This document shows positions 29,306 through 40,417 of a DNA stretch of 64,000 nucleotides, piece by piece. The notes beneath the pieces are model-generated. The model saw only the letters and a list, made by a program, of their open reading frames with translations. It did not search any database and was not told where the DNA came from. Positions within the stretch are counted from its first letter, which is position 1. Each line of letters begins with the position of its first letter. The translations under genes and the position numbers were made by a program. Location: assembly GCA_963833575.1 (NCBI GenBank), contig CAWHXY010000008.1, positions 1-64,000 of the forward strand, in the 5' to 3' direction. The stretch is from Candidatus Bathyarchaeota archaeon (GTDB taxonomy: Archaea > Thermoproteota > Bathyarchaeia > Bathyarchaeales > Bathycorpusculaceae).

Positions 29306-30682
29306 TCAATCCTTCAACACCACAACCACCGATATATCATTAACATTAGTCCCCGTTGCATTTGTACAGATAAGGTCCCCGAGCTTTAAGAAAAAACTGT
29401 AAGAATCATTATTCTTGAGATATTTTTCAGGATCCAAACCTAATTGCCTTGCTCGCTTCACAGTTGAACCGTCCACTATTGCTCCCGCTGCATCTGTCGG
29501 TCCATCTACACCGTCCGTGCTCAAAGAAGCAATGACGCATTCCTCAGATTCCACGAGGTTCAAAGCAGCTGACAACGCTAACTCCTGATTTCTACCGCCT
29601 AACCCTTCTCCAATAACTGTTACTATTGTCTCTCCACCCGCAACAACACACAGAGATTTAGAAATAGGCGCGTTGCATACTCCATCTGCAAGATTTGCCA
29701 ACATTTTCCCCACTTCGCTAGCTTCGCCCAATAGCATTTTAGCTAAAAGCAACGTGTTAAGTCCTTTAGAACGTAAACAATCCACGGCAGCCTGACTGGC
29801 AGTTCGATTATTACCGACTAATACATTGTGAACTTTTTCAAAAACAACATCGTCTTCTTTGGGTGTTTCATGAAGTTGACCACTTGCGCCTTCCGAAACA
29901 ATTTTGCGAATAGAAACTGGTGCTTTCAACCATAAATCATATTTTCTAAGAATTCTTTCTGCATCATCGAAAGTTGTCGGGTCAGAAACTGTTGGACCCG
30001 AGGCGATGGAATCAAGTGAGTCGCCCATTACATCTGAGAGAACAATATTTAGAACTGTTGCTGGATAGGCTTTCTTTGCTAGCCATCCGCCTTTGAATGC
30101 TGAAAGGTGTTTTCGGACAGCATTGATTTCGGTTATTGTGGCTCCGCTTTTGAGCAGCGCATTTGTTACTGCTTGTTTATCCTTAAGGGATATGCCTTCT
30201 CGAGGAAGGGGCATGAGGCTTGATCCACCACCTGAAATTGAGCAAATCACTAAATCATTTTCTTTGGCTTGCTCAGCTAATGCCATAATGCGGGAAGTGC
30301 CCTTTACTCCAGCTTCATCAGGAACGGGGTGACTAGCCTCATTAAGTTCTATAACATCAGTTTTTTGTCTTGTACCGTAAGGAATGTTCACTATCCCAGC
30401 AGTTATGCGTTCCCCAAGTATCTCTTCTAAGGCCTGAGCCATTTTACCGCCTGCTTTGCCGCCACCAACGACATAAACATGCTTAAACTTCTCCAAGTCA
30501 AAAGAGTAACCATCAACCTGAAGCTGATTGTTTTCCACTTTAACTCTATCCTTTACTAACTGCTTAGGCTCAGCAGCGTTAATAGCTCGTTCAAGGCACT
30601 GAAGAGCTACCGCCCGAGATTCGCGCATGCGAGGCGTTTCGCCATTTTCGATTAATTTTTCCCGATTTCTAATCTGTATCAA
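29306..30682 (-). CDS. MOFRL-family glycerate kinase
   Basis: GGGKA, ASHPVPD, ISGGGSSL, INAVRKHLS, IASGPT, GGET, GGRNQE, TDGVDG, TGTNVND; TTG 30682 preferred start. Confidence 0.92.
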   Translation of the reverse strand: MIQIRNREKLIENGETPRMRESRAVALQCLERAINAAEPKQLVKDRVKVENNQLQVDGYSFDLEKFKHVYVVGGGKAGGKMAQALEEILGERITAGIVNIPYGTRQKTDVIELNEASHPVPDEAGVKGTSRIMALAEQAKENDLVICSISGGGSSLMPLPREGISLKDKQAVTNALLKSGATITEINAVRKHLSAFKGGWLAKKAYPATVLNIVLSDVMGDSLDSIASGPTVSDPTTFDDAERILRKYDLWLKAPVSIRKIVSEGASGQLHETPKEDDVVFEKVHNVLVGNNRTASQAAVDCLRSKGLNTLLLAKMLLGEASEVGKMLANLADGVCNAPISKSLCVVAGGETIVTVIGEGLGGRNQELALSAALNLVESEECVIASLSTDGVDGPTDAAGAIVDGSTVKRARQLGLDPEKYLKNNDSYSFFLKLGDLICTNATGTNVNDISVVVVLKD

Positions 30683-30844
30683 GAGCTTTACCGTGAAAAG
30701 ATTTGTGCTAAGCTGAGTGGATAAAGATAAATAAACACTTTCTGTTGTCTCTCGAAGCAAAACGCATTTGATTACAAATATCAACCTTCAGAATTCGAAA
30801 AGTCTATCAATTCCAAATAGATAATTAAGACTAGGTAAACAAGT

Positions 30845-31327
30845 TTGATAACCAAAATTCTTGTAGGCATAGATAGTTCTGAGAAATCAAAAAAAATTTT
30901 AGACTACGCTCTTGAGATCGCCGGAAAATTTTCCGCATCCATTCATATACTTAACGTTTTTCAGCCTCCTCCAGAGTTCGGAAATCAACCCAACACGTTC
31001 CAATCTGCAGTATCTGGGTATCCTCAAGGTCAAACAGGTTACTCTTCAGACTTAGTTTCTTTCCTGAAAGACCTTAGAAAGATGCATGAGACAATTTTAT
31101 CCGAAGCCACTGATAGAGCAACTAAAACAAAACCAAAACTTAAGATCACTGCAGAGCTAAAAGAAGGTGACGCGTCATCTCAGATAGTTGAAACTGCTGT
31201 AAATGGCCAATTTGACTTAATAGTCTTAGGTCACAAAGGAGAAAGCAAATTTAATGAACTTTTTCTCGGCAGCACAAGCGAAAGAGTTGCTCACCAAGCA
31301 AAATGCGCAGTACTAATCGTCAAATGA
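30845..31327 (+). CDS. Universal stress protein (UspA family)
   Basis: KILVGIDSS, DLIVLGHKG, LGSTSERV, CAVLIVK. Confidence 0.92.
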   Translation: MITKILVGIDSSEKSKKILDYALEIAGKFSASIHILNVFQPPPEFGNQPNTFQSAVSGYPQGQTGYSSDLVSFLKDLRKMHETILSEATDRATKTKPKLKITAELKEGDASSQIVETAVNGQFDLIVLGHKGESKFNELFLGSTSERVAHQAKCAVLIVK

Positions 31328-31657
31328 AGTAATCATTTTAGTATTAGCAATAACGAAGGCTGGAAAGACAGTTTTTATCTCCGCGAAATATTCTCTCATT
31401 TGATTCTCTCCTTTTCGAGTAATTCGATATTGTCTGCGCGCTTTTCCAAGAACAAATTCCCAACTTGAAACTATTAATCCATGTTTCTCCAATTGACGGA
31501 GTTCAGAGTACAGAGTTGATGGACCTAAACGGACGCCGAATTTCCGCTTTACTGTTTTGAGTATGGAGTAGCCATATAAACCATTGCCGGTGGCGTTATG
31601 TATGAGGTTTAGTAGGGTGCCTTCGAGAATTGCGCCTCGCAAAATTTTTTTGCTCAA
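31313..31657 (-). CDS. PadR family transcriptional regulator
   Basis: YGYSI, GPSTLYSELRQLEKHGLI, RRQYRITRKG. Confidence 0.88.
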   Translation of the reverse strand: MSKKILRGAILEGTLLNLIHNATGNGLYGYSILKTVKRKFGVRLGPSTLYSELRQLEKHGLIVSSWEFVLGKARRQYRITRKGENQMREYFAEIKTVFPAFVIANTKMITSFDD

Positions 31658-32209
31658 GACTTTTTCTCCAAAACATTACGACATTAATTTTTAGCTTATA
31701 TCTTAATAGAGACGATTGAGGATATAAAACAATGCGGTAGGTGTCTTACTACCACAACCGACAAATCAACCCTTGCTTTTTCTTAATTTTGATGCACCAT
31801 CAAAGCAATCAAATGGAATCAACACATGACGAAGCGCGAACGACGAAATATTGGCATTGCACAAGCGTGAATCCACAAAAAAAGTATGTAGTTGGCGAAG
31901 CTACTACGTATTTAATCGAGTATTAAGCCATCAATTTAGATGACAACTGCAAGACAATAGAAGTGTTTTCAAATCAATGAAGGAGCTTCTAAAACATAAT
32001 TCTAAGATAAGTAACATATGGACTGAAAATAGAAAGAGCCAAATAGCTCTTACTTACTTAAGATAGACACAAAATTCTAACGAATTTCGCCGGTGAAAAT
32101 CAGATACAAGCATCATTTGGAGTGCTGAGATATATGTCGATTTTTTCAATATCGCTTATAACAGTTAATAAGTTAGGAAGTAGCCGCTTGGGAAGAAAGG
32201 TGTTGTAAA

Positions 32210-32902
32210 TTGGAGAAAGTGGAAAAGTTGCCTTCGACGCAGGTAATCATTGCTGCTTTGAATGAAGAAGAAGGAATCGGTCTAACAATTAATGAGATTA
32301 ACGATAATCTTACCAACTTACATATACTAGTGGTTGATGGTAGAAGCACTGACAGAACTGTTGAAGTTGCCAAGGATAATGGGGCTACTATAGCCTTTCA
32401 GGATGGTTTAGGCAAGGGTGATGCTTTCGCCAAAGCCCTTGAGTATTTAGATCCAACCGTTGATTACGTAGTCATAACTGATGCTGATTTCACTTATCCT
32501 GCTGTGTATTTGCCTGAAATGATACGAATTCTCGACGAAAACCCTGATGTGGGGATGGTTTGTGGCAACCGATTTAATGGTCATGTTGATAAAAAAGCTA
32601 TGCACGATGCCTTTTACTTTGGTAACCGTCTCATAGCTTTTACTCATAATCTTCTAAATGGAGTCCCCTTAAAGGATCCGCTAACAGGTTTGCGCATAGT
32701 GAGAGCTGAGATTCTGAGGGATTGGCAAGTCAAATCAAAAGGTTTTGATATTGAGGTAGAACTTAATCATCATGTCGAGAGAAAAGGTTTCACTATCAAA
32801 GAATTAGACATAACCTATAGGCAAAGATTGGGTGAAAAGAAACTAGGAATTAGACATGGTGCCGAAATATTGAAACGTATTATGTTGGAAACAACGTATT
32901 AA
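32210..32902 (+). CDS. GT2 glycosyltransferase
   Basis: LNEEEGI, VDGRSTDRT, GKG, DADFTY, FDIEVE. Confidence 0.9.
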   Translation: MEKVEKLPSTQVIIAALNEEEGIGLTINEINDNLTNLHILVVDGRSTDRTVEVAKDNGATIAFQDGLGKGDAFAKALEYLDPTVDYVVITDADFTYPAVYLPEMIRILDENPDVGMVCGNRFNGHVDKKAMHDAFYFGNRLIAFTHNLLNGVPLKDPLTGLRIVRAEILRDWQVKSKGFDIEVELNHHVERKGFTIKELDITYRQRLGEKKLGIRHGAEILKRIMLETTY

Positions 32903-33326
32903 AAACCAAAGACGTACATAGATCAGCAGACGAATAGAACAGTTTATTTCTTAAATATTCTCACCTATGCATTTATTAATGAATCTTTCGAATGTATTTG
33001 ACATTAAGGGTGTGTAAAACAAAACTTTTCTTATTAAGAGGTAATGTTGCTTATCTACTCTCATCAGAGAGGGATTTTGCTAGTGAGAATTATGTTTATG
33101 AAAACTGAACTGACTCTTAGAAATCAGTTTTTTTTGTTGTTCAGATCGGTATTTTTTGAATCTTATAATAAGAGTTATATTTACCTGAGATTGTTGTCTT
33201 ATAAATTATGTAGCCTGCTAAAGATACAAGTCTCCCTACTTTAGAACAAAACTATTTGTTCTATGCAATATGTAGGGTTTGTCACTTTGCGAGGTTAAGT
33301 ACCGCCTAAAAATAAAGATACAAATA

Positions 33327-34481
33327 ATGGTTGACCCGATTATGAAAGAAAATGAACCATATCGAACAGCTTTCCCTGTTTTTGATGAAGAAAGCATCCA
33401 AAAAATCCTGTCAGATGTGGAGTCTACCCTTAGAACGGGTTTATTAACAAACGGATTGCACGTCAAAGAGTTTGAGAGAAAATTTGCTGAATACATCCAA
33501 ACCAAGCATGCGGTTGCTGTTAATTCAGGGACTTCAAATCTTGAAATTGCCCTCCGGTATTTTGGCGTAAAAAACTCTGAAGTCATAGTTCCTACAAATA
33601 CTTTCGTAGCTACCGCCAATGCAGTTATGTTCGCGGGTGGAAAACCGGTTTTTGCTGATATGCGAGAAGACACATTATGTATTGATCCAATCGATGTTGA
33701 ACGTCAAATTACATCAAAAACGGTTGGGGTTATCGTAGTTCATATTGCTGGATTAGTTTGTCCACAAATGCATGAACTTTTAAAATTATGTAAGGATCGT
33801 GGTTTGTTTCTTATCGAAGATTGTGCTCATGCCCATGGCGCTATGATTGATGGTGTAAAAGCTGGTGCTTTGGCAGATGCGGGGTGCTTCTCATTTTATG
33901 CCACTAAACTAATGACTACGGGTGAAGGTGGAATGATTACTACAGATAATTCTGGTTTGGTTGAAGCTGCTCGCATGATGCGAAATCATGGCCAGAACTC
34001 TCAGTCACTAATGGTTACTCCTGGTTATAATTGGCGCATGGGTGAAATTAATGCTATTCTTGGTTCACATCAATTGGCGAACTTGGAGTTTTTCGTTAAT
34101 CGAAGGAACGAACTGGCTCAAATTTACAATGAATGCTTGCTTAATGTCGACGGAGTTTCTCCAATCCCAAAGCCATCTGGTATAAGGCATGGTTATTACA
34201 AATACAATGTAAAACTTGATAAAAACATCAATGTCGAAAAAGTGGGCAAGATGTTGAAAGCAGAATACAACATCGAAACGGGGCATCTTTACTATCCACC
34301 AGTTCACCTTCACCCCTATTACAAAGAAAACTTTGGAACTATCGAAGGTATGTGTCCAATTGCAGAGGATGTTTTGCGAAGAACATTGTGCTTACCATTA
34401 CATGTGGCGATAGCCAACGAAAGCGTGCCCTACATAACCAAAGCTCTTAATACTTGCATTCAAGCATCAAGAACAAATTAA
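33327..34481 (+). CDS. DegT/DnrJ/EryC1/StrS family sugar aminotransferase
   Basis: NSGT, EDCAHAHG, SFYATKLMTTGEGG PLP-lysine motif, GYNWRM; exact start uncertain. Confidence 0.92.
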   Translation: MVDPIMKENEPYRTAFPVFDEESIQKILSDVESTLRTGLLTNGLHVKEFERKFAEYIQTKHAVAVNSGTSNLEIALRYFGVKNSEVIVPTNTFVATANAVMFAGGKPVFADMREDTLCIDPIDVERQITSKTVGVIVVHIAGLVCPQMHELLKLCKDRGLFLIEDCAHAHGAMIDGVKAGALADAGCFSFYATKLMTTGEGGMITTDNSGLVEAARMMRNHGQNSQSLMVTPGYNWRMGEINAILGSHQLANLEFFVNRRNELAQIYNECLLNVDGVSPIPKPSGIRHGYYKYNVKLDKNINVEKVGKMLKAEYNIETGHLYYPPVHLHPYYKENFGTIEGMCPIAEDVLRRTLCLPLHVAIANESVPYITKALNTCIQASRTN

Positions 34482-34518
34482 ACTCACTTTTGACTCTGGT
34501 TATCTTAAGAAGGAAGTA

Positions 34519-35214
34519 ATGACAATGATTACATCTGGGCATCAACCAAATTATCTGCCGTATCTCGGCTTTTTTGACAAAATGGCCCAATGCGATATCT
34601 TCGTAATTCAAGATGACGTTCAGTACGAGAGACATGATTTTCAAAATAGAAATCAAATAAAAACGGTTAAAGGCGCAACGTGGTTGTCGGTCCCTATTGA
34701 ACATGTGGGTGAGACTTTGCCATTCAAGGAAATTAGGATTGCTAAACGTTTGGAGTCGGAGTGGGGGCTACATCACTGGCGAGTTATTGAGTTAAACTAC
34801 GAGCGGGCGCCTTATTGGAAGCAATATTACGATTTTTTTGAGCAGGCATACAGTCAAAAATGGGAATCTCTAATGGATCTTAACCTTTATTTAATAAAGG
34901 GAATAATGAAATTCCTTAGAATAAAGACTAATTTAGTCATGGCTTCGTCATTAAATGCTTCAGGAAAATCTTCGAACATGATTCTTGCCCAATGTAAATC
35001 AGTTGGGGCCGACGTTTATCTTTCAGGAATTGGCGGGCGCGTCTACTTAGACATGTCGCTATTTGAGAAAGCTGGGATCAAAGTGGTCTTCCAAGACTTT
35101 CATTATCCCGTCTACAACCAATTGCACGGGCCATTTGTCCCTAACCTTTCTGTGATTGATTATCTTTTTTGCCATGGAGGAGAAGACTGGGCTCCCCAGA
35201 AAGTTATACTCTAA
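34519..35214 (+). CDS. wbqC: WbqC family protein
   Basis: HQPNYLPYLGFFDK, DDVQY, QNRNQIK, YLSG, NLSVIDYLF. Confidence 0.9.
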   Translation: MTMITSGHQPNYLPYLGFFDKMAQCDIFVIQDDVQYERHDFQNRNQIKTVKGATWLSVPIEHVGETLPFKEIRIAKRLESEWGLHHWRVIELNYERAPYWKQYYDFFEQAYSQKWESLMDLNLYLIKGIMKFLRIKTNLVMASSLNASGKSSNMILAQCKSVGADVYLSGIGGRVYLDMSLFEKAGIKVVFQDFHYPVYNQLHGPFVPNLSVIDYLFCHGGEDWAPQKVIL

Positions 35215-35318
35215 CCTCAGTAGAAATCGGCGAAGTGACTATTGATGAAGGACGATATTACGGAATCCAGAATATCATATATTAGTTGTTTGTTAAGAGT
35301 ATCACGAGGTGTTAAGCA

Positions 35319-35936
35319 GTGGTATTAAGATCTGATGTTTTGATTGCGGTGGGAGCACACCCTGACGATATCGAATTAGGCTGCGGAGGAACAATAAAGG
35401 CAGCTACTGCAGCTGGAAAAAAAGTAATTGCAATCTACCTGACGAAAGGAGAAGAAAGCGGAAATCCTGATGTAAGAATGAGTGAAAGCAAAAAAGCACT
35501 ATCGATTCTGGGCGTAAAAGACGTGTTTTTTGGGGATTTCAAAGATACCGAGATCCCTAGTTCGCATGAGGCAGTCAAATTCTTAGAGGACTTTTATGAT
35601 AAATACCAACCAGACACAGTTTTGACTCATACAACCCATGATACCCACCAAGACCATCGCCAAATAGCTTGGCTATCTTTATCTGCATTTAGAAATGCAT
35701 CCAAATTGCTTTCTTATGAGACTCCTAGAGTTCTGGGTCAATTCTCTCCAAACTATTTTGTAGACATATCAGATTGTATTCAATTTAAGTGGGAAGCACT
35801 GCAATGTCATCTAACGCAGAAAACAAAAAGGTACCTTAATTATGAATCAATGGTTAACCTGTCCTCTTTCAGAGGAAGCCAAGTAGGTCTCCGCGCAGCT
35901 GAGGCTTATGAAGTAATACGATACGTAGACAAATGA
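35319..35936 (+). CDS. PIG-L/LmbE family deacetylase
   Basis: GAHPDDIELGCGGT and HQDH motifs. Confidence 0.92.
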   Translation: MVLRSDVLIAVGAHPDDIELGCGGTIKAATAAGKKVIAIYLTKGEESGNPDVRMSESKKALSILGVKDVFFGDFKDTEIPSSHEAVKFLEDFYDKYQPDTVLTHTTHDTHQDHRQIAWLSLSAFRNASKLLSYETPRVLGQFSPNYFVDISDCIQFKWEALQCHLTQKTKRYLNYESMVNLSSFRGSQVGLRAAEAYEVIRYVDK

Positions 35937-36311
35937 CTCTATAACGAACATAGTGATAAGCTGCAAGTGCCTGTGCCTGCAAACAACAATAATTTTCCTG
36001 GCGAACCTAAATTAAATAATTTTGAGCAAATAACTAGTGTTAGTACTCGACGGTGATTTCATCTCCCTCAAAAACTCCAATTACGAAGTAACCAAAACAG
36101 GCTAAGAACTTTTTGGTAAATTGCAAACTTTTCTAACAAATTCTCGAAAATTTGATGGTTTTACAAGAAATAATCAAAGTGCAAACCCCTTAAATCACTC
36201 TGTCTAAAACGTGAACCAACGTTATAACACAAGAACAAAAATTATTTAGCTTGGAGGCAACTACACATAAATAACTACTGCAAATTTATCGCTGCCACTC
36301 TGTTCATTTTC

Positions 36312-36773
36312 TTGACGCTTGGCTCTTGCTTTTACAGCACGAATTATGTTTTTGCCCAAACTGACCAATCGAGCTCGAAACTGCAGGCGGCCAACACGGC
36401 TGTCGCGCTAGCTTTTAATGCTGTTTTGGCCGCTGAAAAAGCAGGCGCAAACGTTACAAACCTAATAGCTCAGTTAAATACTGCTGCAGGCATCTTGGCT
36501 CAAGCAGAAAACTCGTACCGAACTGGAGATTATAACGCAACAGCGGCCCAAGCAGACAGTGTACTCCCAATTGCACAAGAAGTCACAAGCGTTGCTCAAA
36601 ACGCCAAACAAAAAGCTTTGGTTTCCAGCCAAAATGCCTTCTGGCAGATGATGGCATTTACGGCAATCGGTGCTTCCGTGTTCCTTTTGGTTTTGTTTTC
36701 GATTTGGCGCCGGTTTAAGCAGGGTTACATTAAGAGTTTTTCTGGATCAAAACCTGTGGTGAATAATCGATGA
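36312..36773 (+). CDS. Helical membrane-anchored hypothetical protein
   Basis: AEKAGANVT motif, C-terminal TM + RRFK; reading frame is open upstream to about 36267. Confidence 0.75.
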   Translation: MTLGSCFYSTNYVFAQTDQSSSKLQAANTAVALAFNAVLAAEKAGANVTNLIAQLNTAAGILAQAENSYRTGDYNATAAQADSVLPIAQEVTSVAQNAKQKALVSSQNAFWQMMAFTAIGASVFLLVLFSIWRRFKQGYIKSFSGSKPVVNNR

Positions 36774-37387
36774 AGCTTGAAGGCTACAAACTTATTTTTG
36801 TCACTGTGGCTTTAGTTGGTGTTTTGCTCATTGCAACGCCTGCACTTGCCGACGCTATTCACATTCCCAGTGTTCCAGGCGGAGCGAAATTTTCTGAGCT
36901 TTTTCTTTTAGGTTCAAACCAGACAGCTGAAAATTATCCTTATAACATTGCTATAGACCAAAACTACTCAGTTTATGTAGGCGTAGGAAACCAGTTGGGG
37001 TATTCAGCTTACTATGTTTTGAACGTAAAGCTTGGCAATGAGACCGATCAAATGCCGAATGATACCCTTGCGACGCCGAGTTCTCTTCAGCCTCTGTATT
37101 CATACAGGTTTTCAATTCAAAATAGCATGTATTGGAAAAATCTCTTGACTTTTTCATTTTCTAACGCTTCAATATCAGGAAATAATTCACAGCTCAACAG
37201 TTTACTGTTAAATGGTGTTACATTTTATGTCGATAAACCCGCTCTGTGGGATTCAAATAATACTTCCTTCACATATCGACTTTTGTTCGAATTATGGATT
37301 TATAGTACTCAATCTAACCAAATCGAATATAACAATCGTTACGTAGCTCTTCAACTTAATCTGACAACTAATGCATATTCTGGTTAG
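36770..37387 (+). CDS. DUF1616-like protein
   Basis: FSELFLLG, NYPYNI, GVGNQLG, LLFELW; ATGA overlap with the previous gene. Confidence 0.75.
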   Translation: MKLEGYKLIFVTVALVGVLLIATPALADAIHIPSVPGGAKFSELFLLGSNQTAENYPYNIAIDQNYSVYVGVGNQLGYSAYYVLNVKLGNETDQMPNDTLATPSSLQPLYSYRFSIQNSMYWKNLLTFSFSNASISGNNSQLNSLLLNGVTFYVDKPALWDSNNTSFTYRLLFELWIYSTQSNQIEYNNRYVALQLNLTTNAYSG

Positions 37388-37486
37388 ATATTTTTTCGAA
37401 CAAATTTTATTTGTTGTAGTAATTTTTCAATTTCTTGTTGAGAATTGAAAGATAGGTTCCATTCTTTGCCTTTGGGAGATTCTTAA

Positions 37487-38731
37487 GTGAAGATTTGTTT
37501 GTTAGCTCCTGAATTTCCTCCCGTTTGGGGAGGAGTAGGCACCTATTCCTTTGAGTTGACGAAACATTTACCTAAAAGTGTTGAGATTCATGTTTTAACT
37601 CCCCGACGGGAAAGTTTTGGTAGGCAGAAGGTGTCACCGACCGGTATCAATCCGATAGAGTCTCTTGGGAACAATGTGCATATTCATTACGTTTCTGCAG
37701 CTCATGATTCTTTTATGTATAATGCGGAATTTCAATACGCATGCCTTAAGCAGGTTCCTAAGATTGTAAAGGCGGAAAGAATTGATGTTATTCATTCACA
37801 TCAGGCTCACATGCCCGACTTGTTGCTAATGTTTCGAAAACTGCCCGCCAAAACTGTTGTTACCGTCCATACTACGATAAAATTTCAAAGAGCAGCCACT
37901 ATTGCATCTCACCAAAATATCAGTGAGCTTGAAAATTCGGAAAGAGGGACGTTTTTCTTGTATCCTTTTCTCAGGATCGCGGAAGAATTATACGCTAAAA
38001 GAAACAAAACGTGTATAACACCTTCCTTTTATATGGCAAAATGGTTAAAAGACAATTTTTCTAATTCCGAAAGTGTTACTGTAATTCCAAACTGCGTATC
38101 TTCACCCGATAACTCTCAATCTTTTGAAACTGGCTCACTAATTAAAAACAAAATTCCGAAAAACCTTCTAAACAAGAGAATAATTCTTTATTCAGGTCGA
38201 CTTTTGGCTATGAAAGGCATTGATGTTTTAGTCAATGCAATTCCAAAAATTTCCAGAATCGCCGGGAAAGGTGAACTCCTGTTTGTTTTCGCTGGACCAG
38301 GAAATTATAGTAAGTTCAAAACAAAGCTAGATAACATGAATGTCAAATCAAATTACGTTTTCACTGGTCCAGTATCTCGAGAAACGATAATGTCATTTAT
38401 AACAAAATCTGAAATTGTGGTGGTTCCAAGCTATAATGAAAATTGCCCCTATGCAGTCTTGGAGCCCATGTCTTATGGAAAGCCTGTAGTTGCCTCAAGT
38501 GTCGGTGGAATTCCAGAAATAATAACTGATGGAGTTGATGGGTTGCTTGTAGAGCCTGGCAATTCAGATATGTTAGCAAAGGCAATTACAAGGCTTTTGT
38601 CCGACAAGTCTCTGAAGAACGTTCTGGGTCAACAGGCTAAACTTAAAATTGCAAATAAATTTTCTTGGCACGTCAACATTCCAAAATATCTAAAGTGCTA
38701 TTCGGAAGCAGCAACCAAACAGCTAAATTAG
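37487..38731 (+). CDS. GT4 glycosyltransferase
   Basis: EFPPVWGGVG, GRLLAMKG, ENCPYAVLEPM, GGIPE. Confidence 0.92.
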   Translation: MKICLLAPEFPPVWGGVGTYSFELTKHLPKSVEIHVLTPRRESFGRQKVSPTGINPIESLGNNVHIHYVSAAHDSFMYNAEFQYACLKQVPKIVKAERIDVIHSHQAHMPDLLLMFRKLPAKTVVTVHTTIKFQRAATIASHQNISELENSERGTFFLYPFLRIAEELYAKRNKTCITPSFYMAKWLKDNFSNSESVTVIPNCVSSPDNSQSFETGSLIKNKIPKNLLNKRIILYSGRLLAMKGIDVLVNAIPKISRIAGKGELLFVFAGPGNYSKFKTKLDNMNVKSNYVFTGPVSRETIMSFITKSEIVVVPSYNENCPYAVLEPMSYGKPVVASSVGGIPEIITDGVDGLLVEPGNSDMLAKAITRLLSDKSLKNVLGQQAKLKIANKFSWHVNIPKYLKCYSEAATKQLN

Positions 38732-38935
38732 ATTAGACTAACTTGTTATCCGATAGTTAGAAGAAATGCAAAGAAGAGACATAACGCATCTATCAGGAGT
38801 TTCTTAATGGTGAACAGTGAAGGATTTAAGTTTGTCGTCTTTGGTTTAAATCTATTTTGCATAGTTTGTTAAATTTAATTATTTTCTAGCTTATTGACAT
38901 ATCACAAATGCAGTTATATGGAGAGGTAACCTGAA

Positions 38936-40066
38936 GTGCACGTTTGCATGATCACTAGAGAATTTCCTCCTGCGTCGGGCGGAATAGGCTATTATGTATA
39001 TAACCTCTCAAAGGGGTTAATCAAAAAAGGACATAGAGTCACCGTTATTACTCGTGGATCTACTCACCGACTAGAAAAGGAGACAATTGATGGTATAGAT
39101 GTATTTAAGGCGACTTTCTTTCCGCTGTATCCCTTTCAAATGCCCCTACATGGGCTATTTGTTAATTCACTGGTTAAATCGTTAGAACCTCAGTTTAACT
39201 TAATTCATTTACACTCACCTGTAACTCCATCAATTAAGACTGCCTTGCCAATAATTACCACAATTCATACTGCAATGAGGATTGACTCAAGATATCACGA
39301 GGTAGTTGATCCCTATTCATTAGCCGAAAAAATACAATCAATGTATTTCTCTCCACTCGTAGAATCACAGCTGTTAAAGCTTTCAGATATCATTACGGCT
39401 GTCTCTCCTACTGTTGCAAATGAACTGAATGGATACGGAATGGATTCTAGTAAAGTCAAAGTAATGTGGAACGGCGTTGACGAAAAAATCTTTTCCCCTA
39501 CCAAGAACAAAGAAAAACTGGAAAAATACGTTTTGTTCACTGGAGTCTTACGAGCACGAAAAGGCTTATTTGACCTTATAAAATGTGCAATTCTTGTTAA
39601 GAAAACAATTCCTGACATTAAGTTTGTTATCTGCGGTACTGGTCCTTTACTTCAACAGTTAACAGAACAAGTTCGAAACGTTGGGCTTAAAGAGCAAGTA
39701 ATTTTCTTAGGGCGAGTAGATCGAAGAAAATTTATTCAAATATGTCAAAGTGCTACTATACAAGTTGTTCCTTCTATTTATGAGGGTCTTCCAACAGTTC
39801 TCTTAGAAGCTATGGCATGTGGTTTACCCGTTGTAGCCACAAATATAGGAGGTATCCGAGACATAATCTCTTCTAATGTAAACGGTTTACTAGTCCCTCC
39901 AGGCTCTCCTGTGAAAATGGCAAAAATGATAGAAATGCTATGGACTGATGAGCCTTTGAGAAAAAAACTTGGGAACAGTGCTAGGGAAACCATACTTAAA
40001 AAGTATACCTGGGAGAAAATAACCAATGATTTCGTTCACCTGTACGAAGGTCTCCTTCAAAAGTAG
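38936..40066 (+). CDS. GT4 glycosyltransferase
   Basis: EFPPASGGIG, RKG, YEGLPTVLLEAMACG. Confidence 0.92.
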   Translation: MHVCMITREFPPASGGIGYYVYNLSKGLIKKGHRVTVITRGSTHRLEKETIDGIDVFKATFFPLYPFQMPLHGLFVNSLVKSLEPQFNLIHLHSPVTPSIKTALPIITTIHTAMRIDSRYHEVVDPYSLAEKIQSMYFSPLVESQLLKLSDIITAVSPTVANELNGYGMDSSKVKVMWNGVDEKIFSPTKNKEKLEKYVLFTGVLRARKGLFDLIKCAILVKKTIPDIKFVICGTGPLLQQLTEQVRNVGLKEQVIFLGRVDRRKFIQICQSATIQVVPSIYEGLPTVLLEAMACGLPVVATNIGGIRDIISSNVNGLLVPPGSPVKMAKMIEMLWTDEPLRKKLGNSARETILKKYTWEKITNDFVHLYEGLLQK

Positions 40067-40417
40067 AGACCTATTTGCTGCCGAATGAATTAGTGTTATA
40101 AAAACAAGCTCATAATAAAACCGGTTGTCGTCGACTATCTTTAGGATTTTGCTCAAAAAAGGCAACTAATTTGCAATTGAAATAGTCTTATGATTACGAA
40201 AGAACTCGCATTTGTGAGCGCGCCAATGCATATCTAAATTGATTTTTTTCCTATAATTTCTAGTCATTTTTGCAAACAAGATTGCTAGGCAATAGTGAAT
40301 GTATTCAGTTTACTGCTACAGCAATAATCAAATCCTGCAGTTCTCTTCCTGCGTTCAAGAAGAAATCTTTATGAGCATAACAAGACACTTAAGATACACT
40401 AAAATAAAAAAAGAGGT

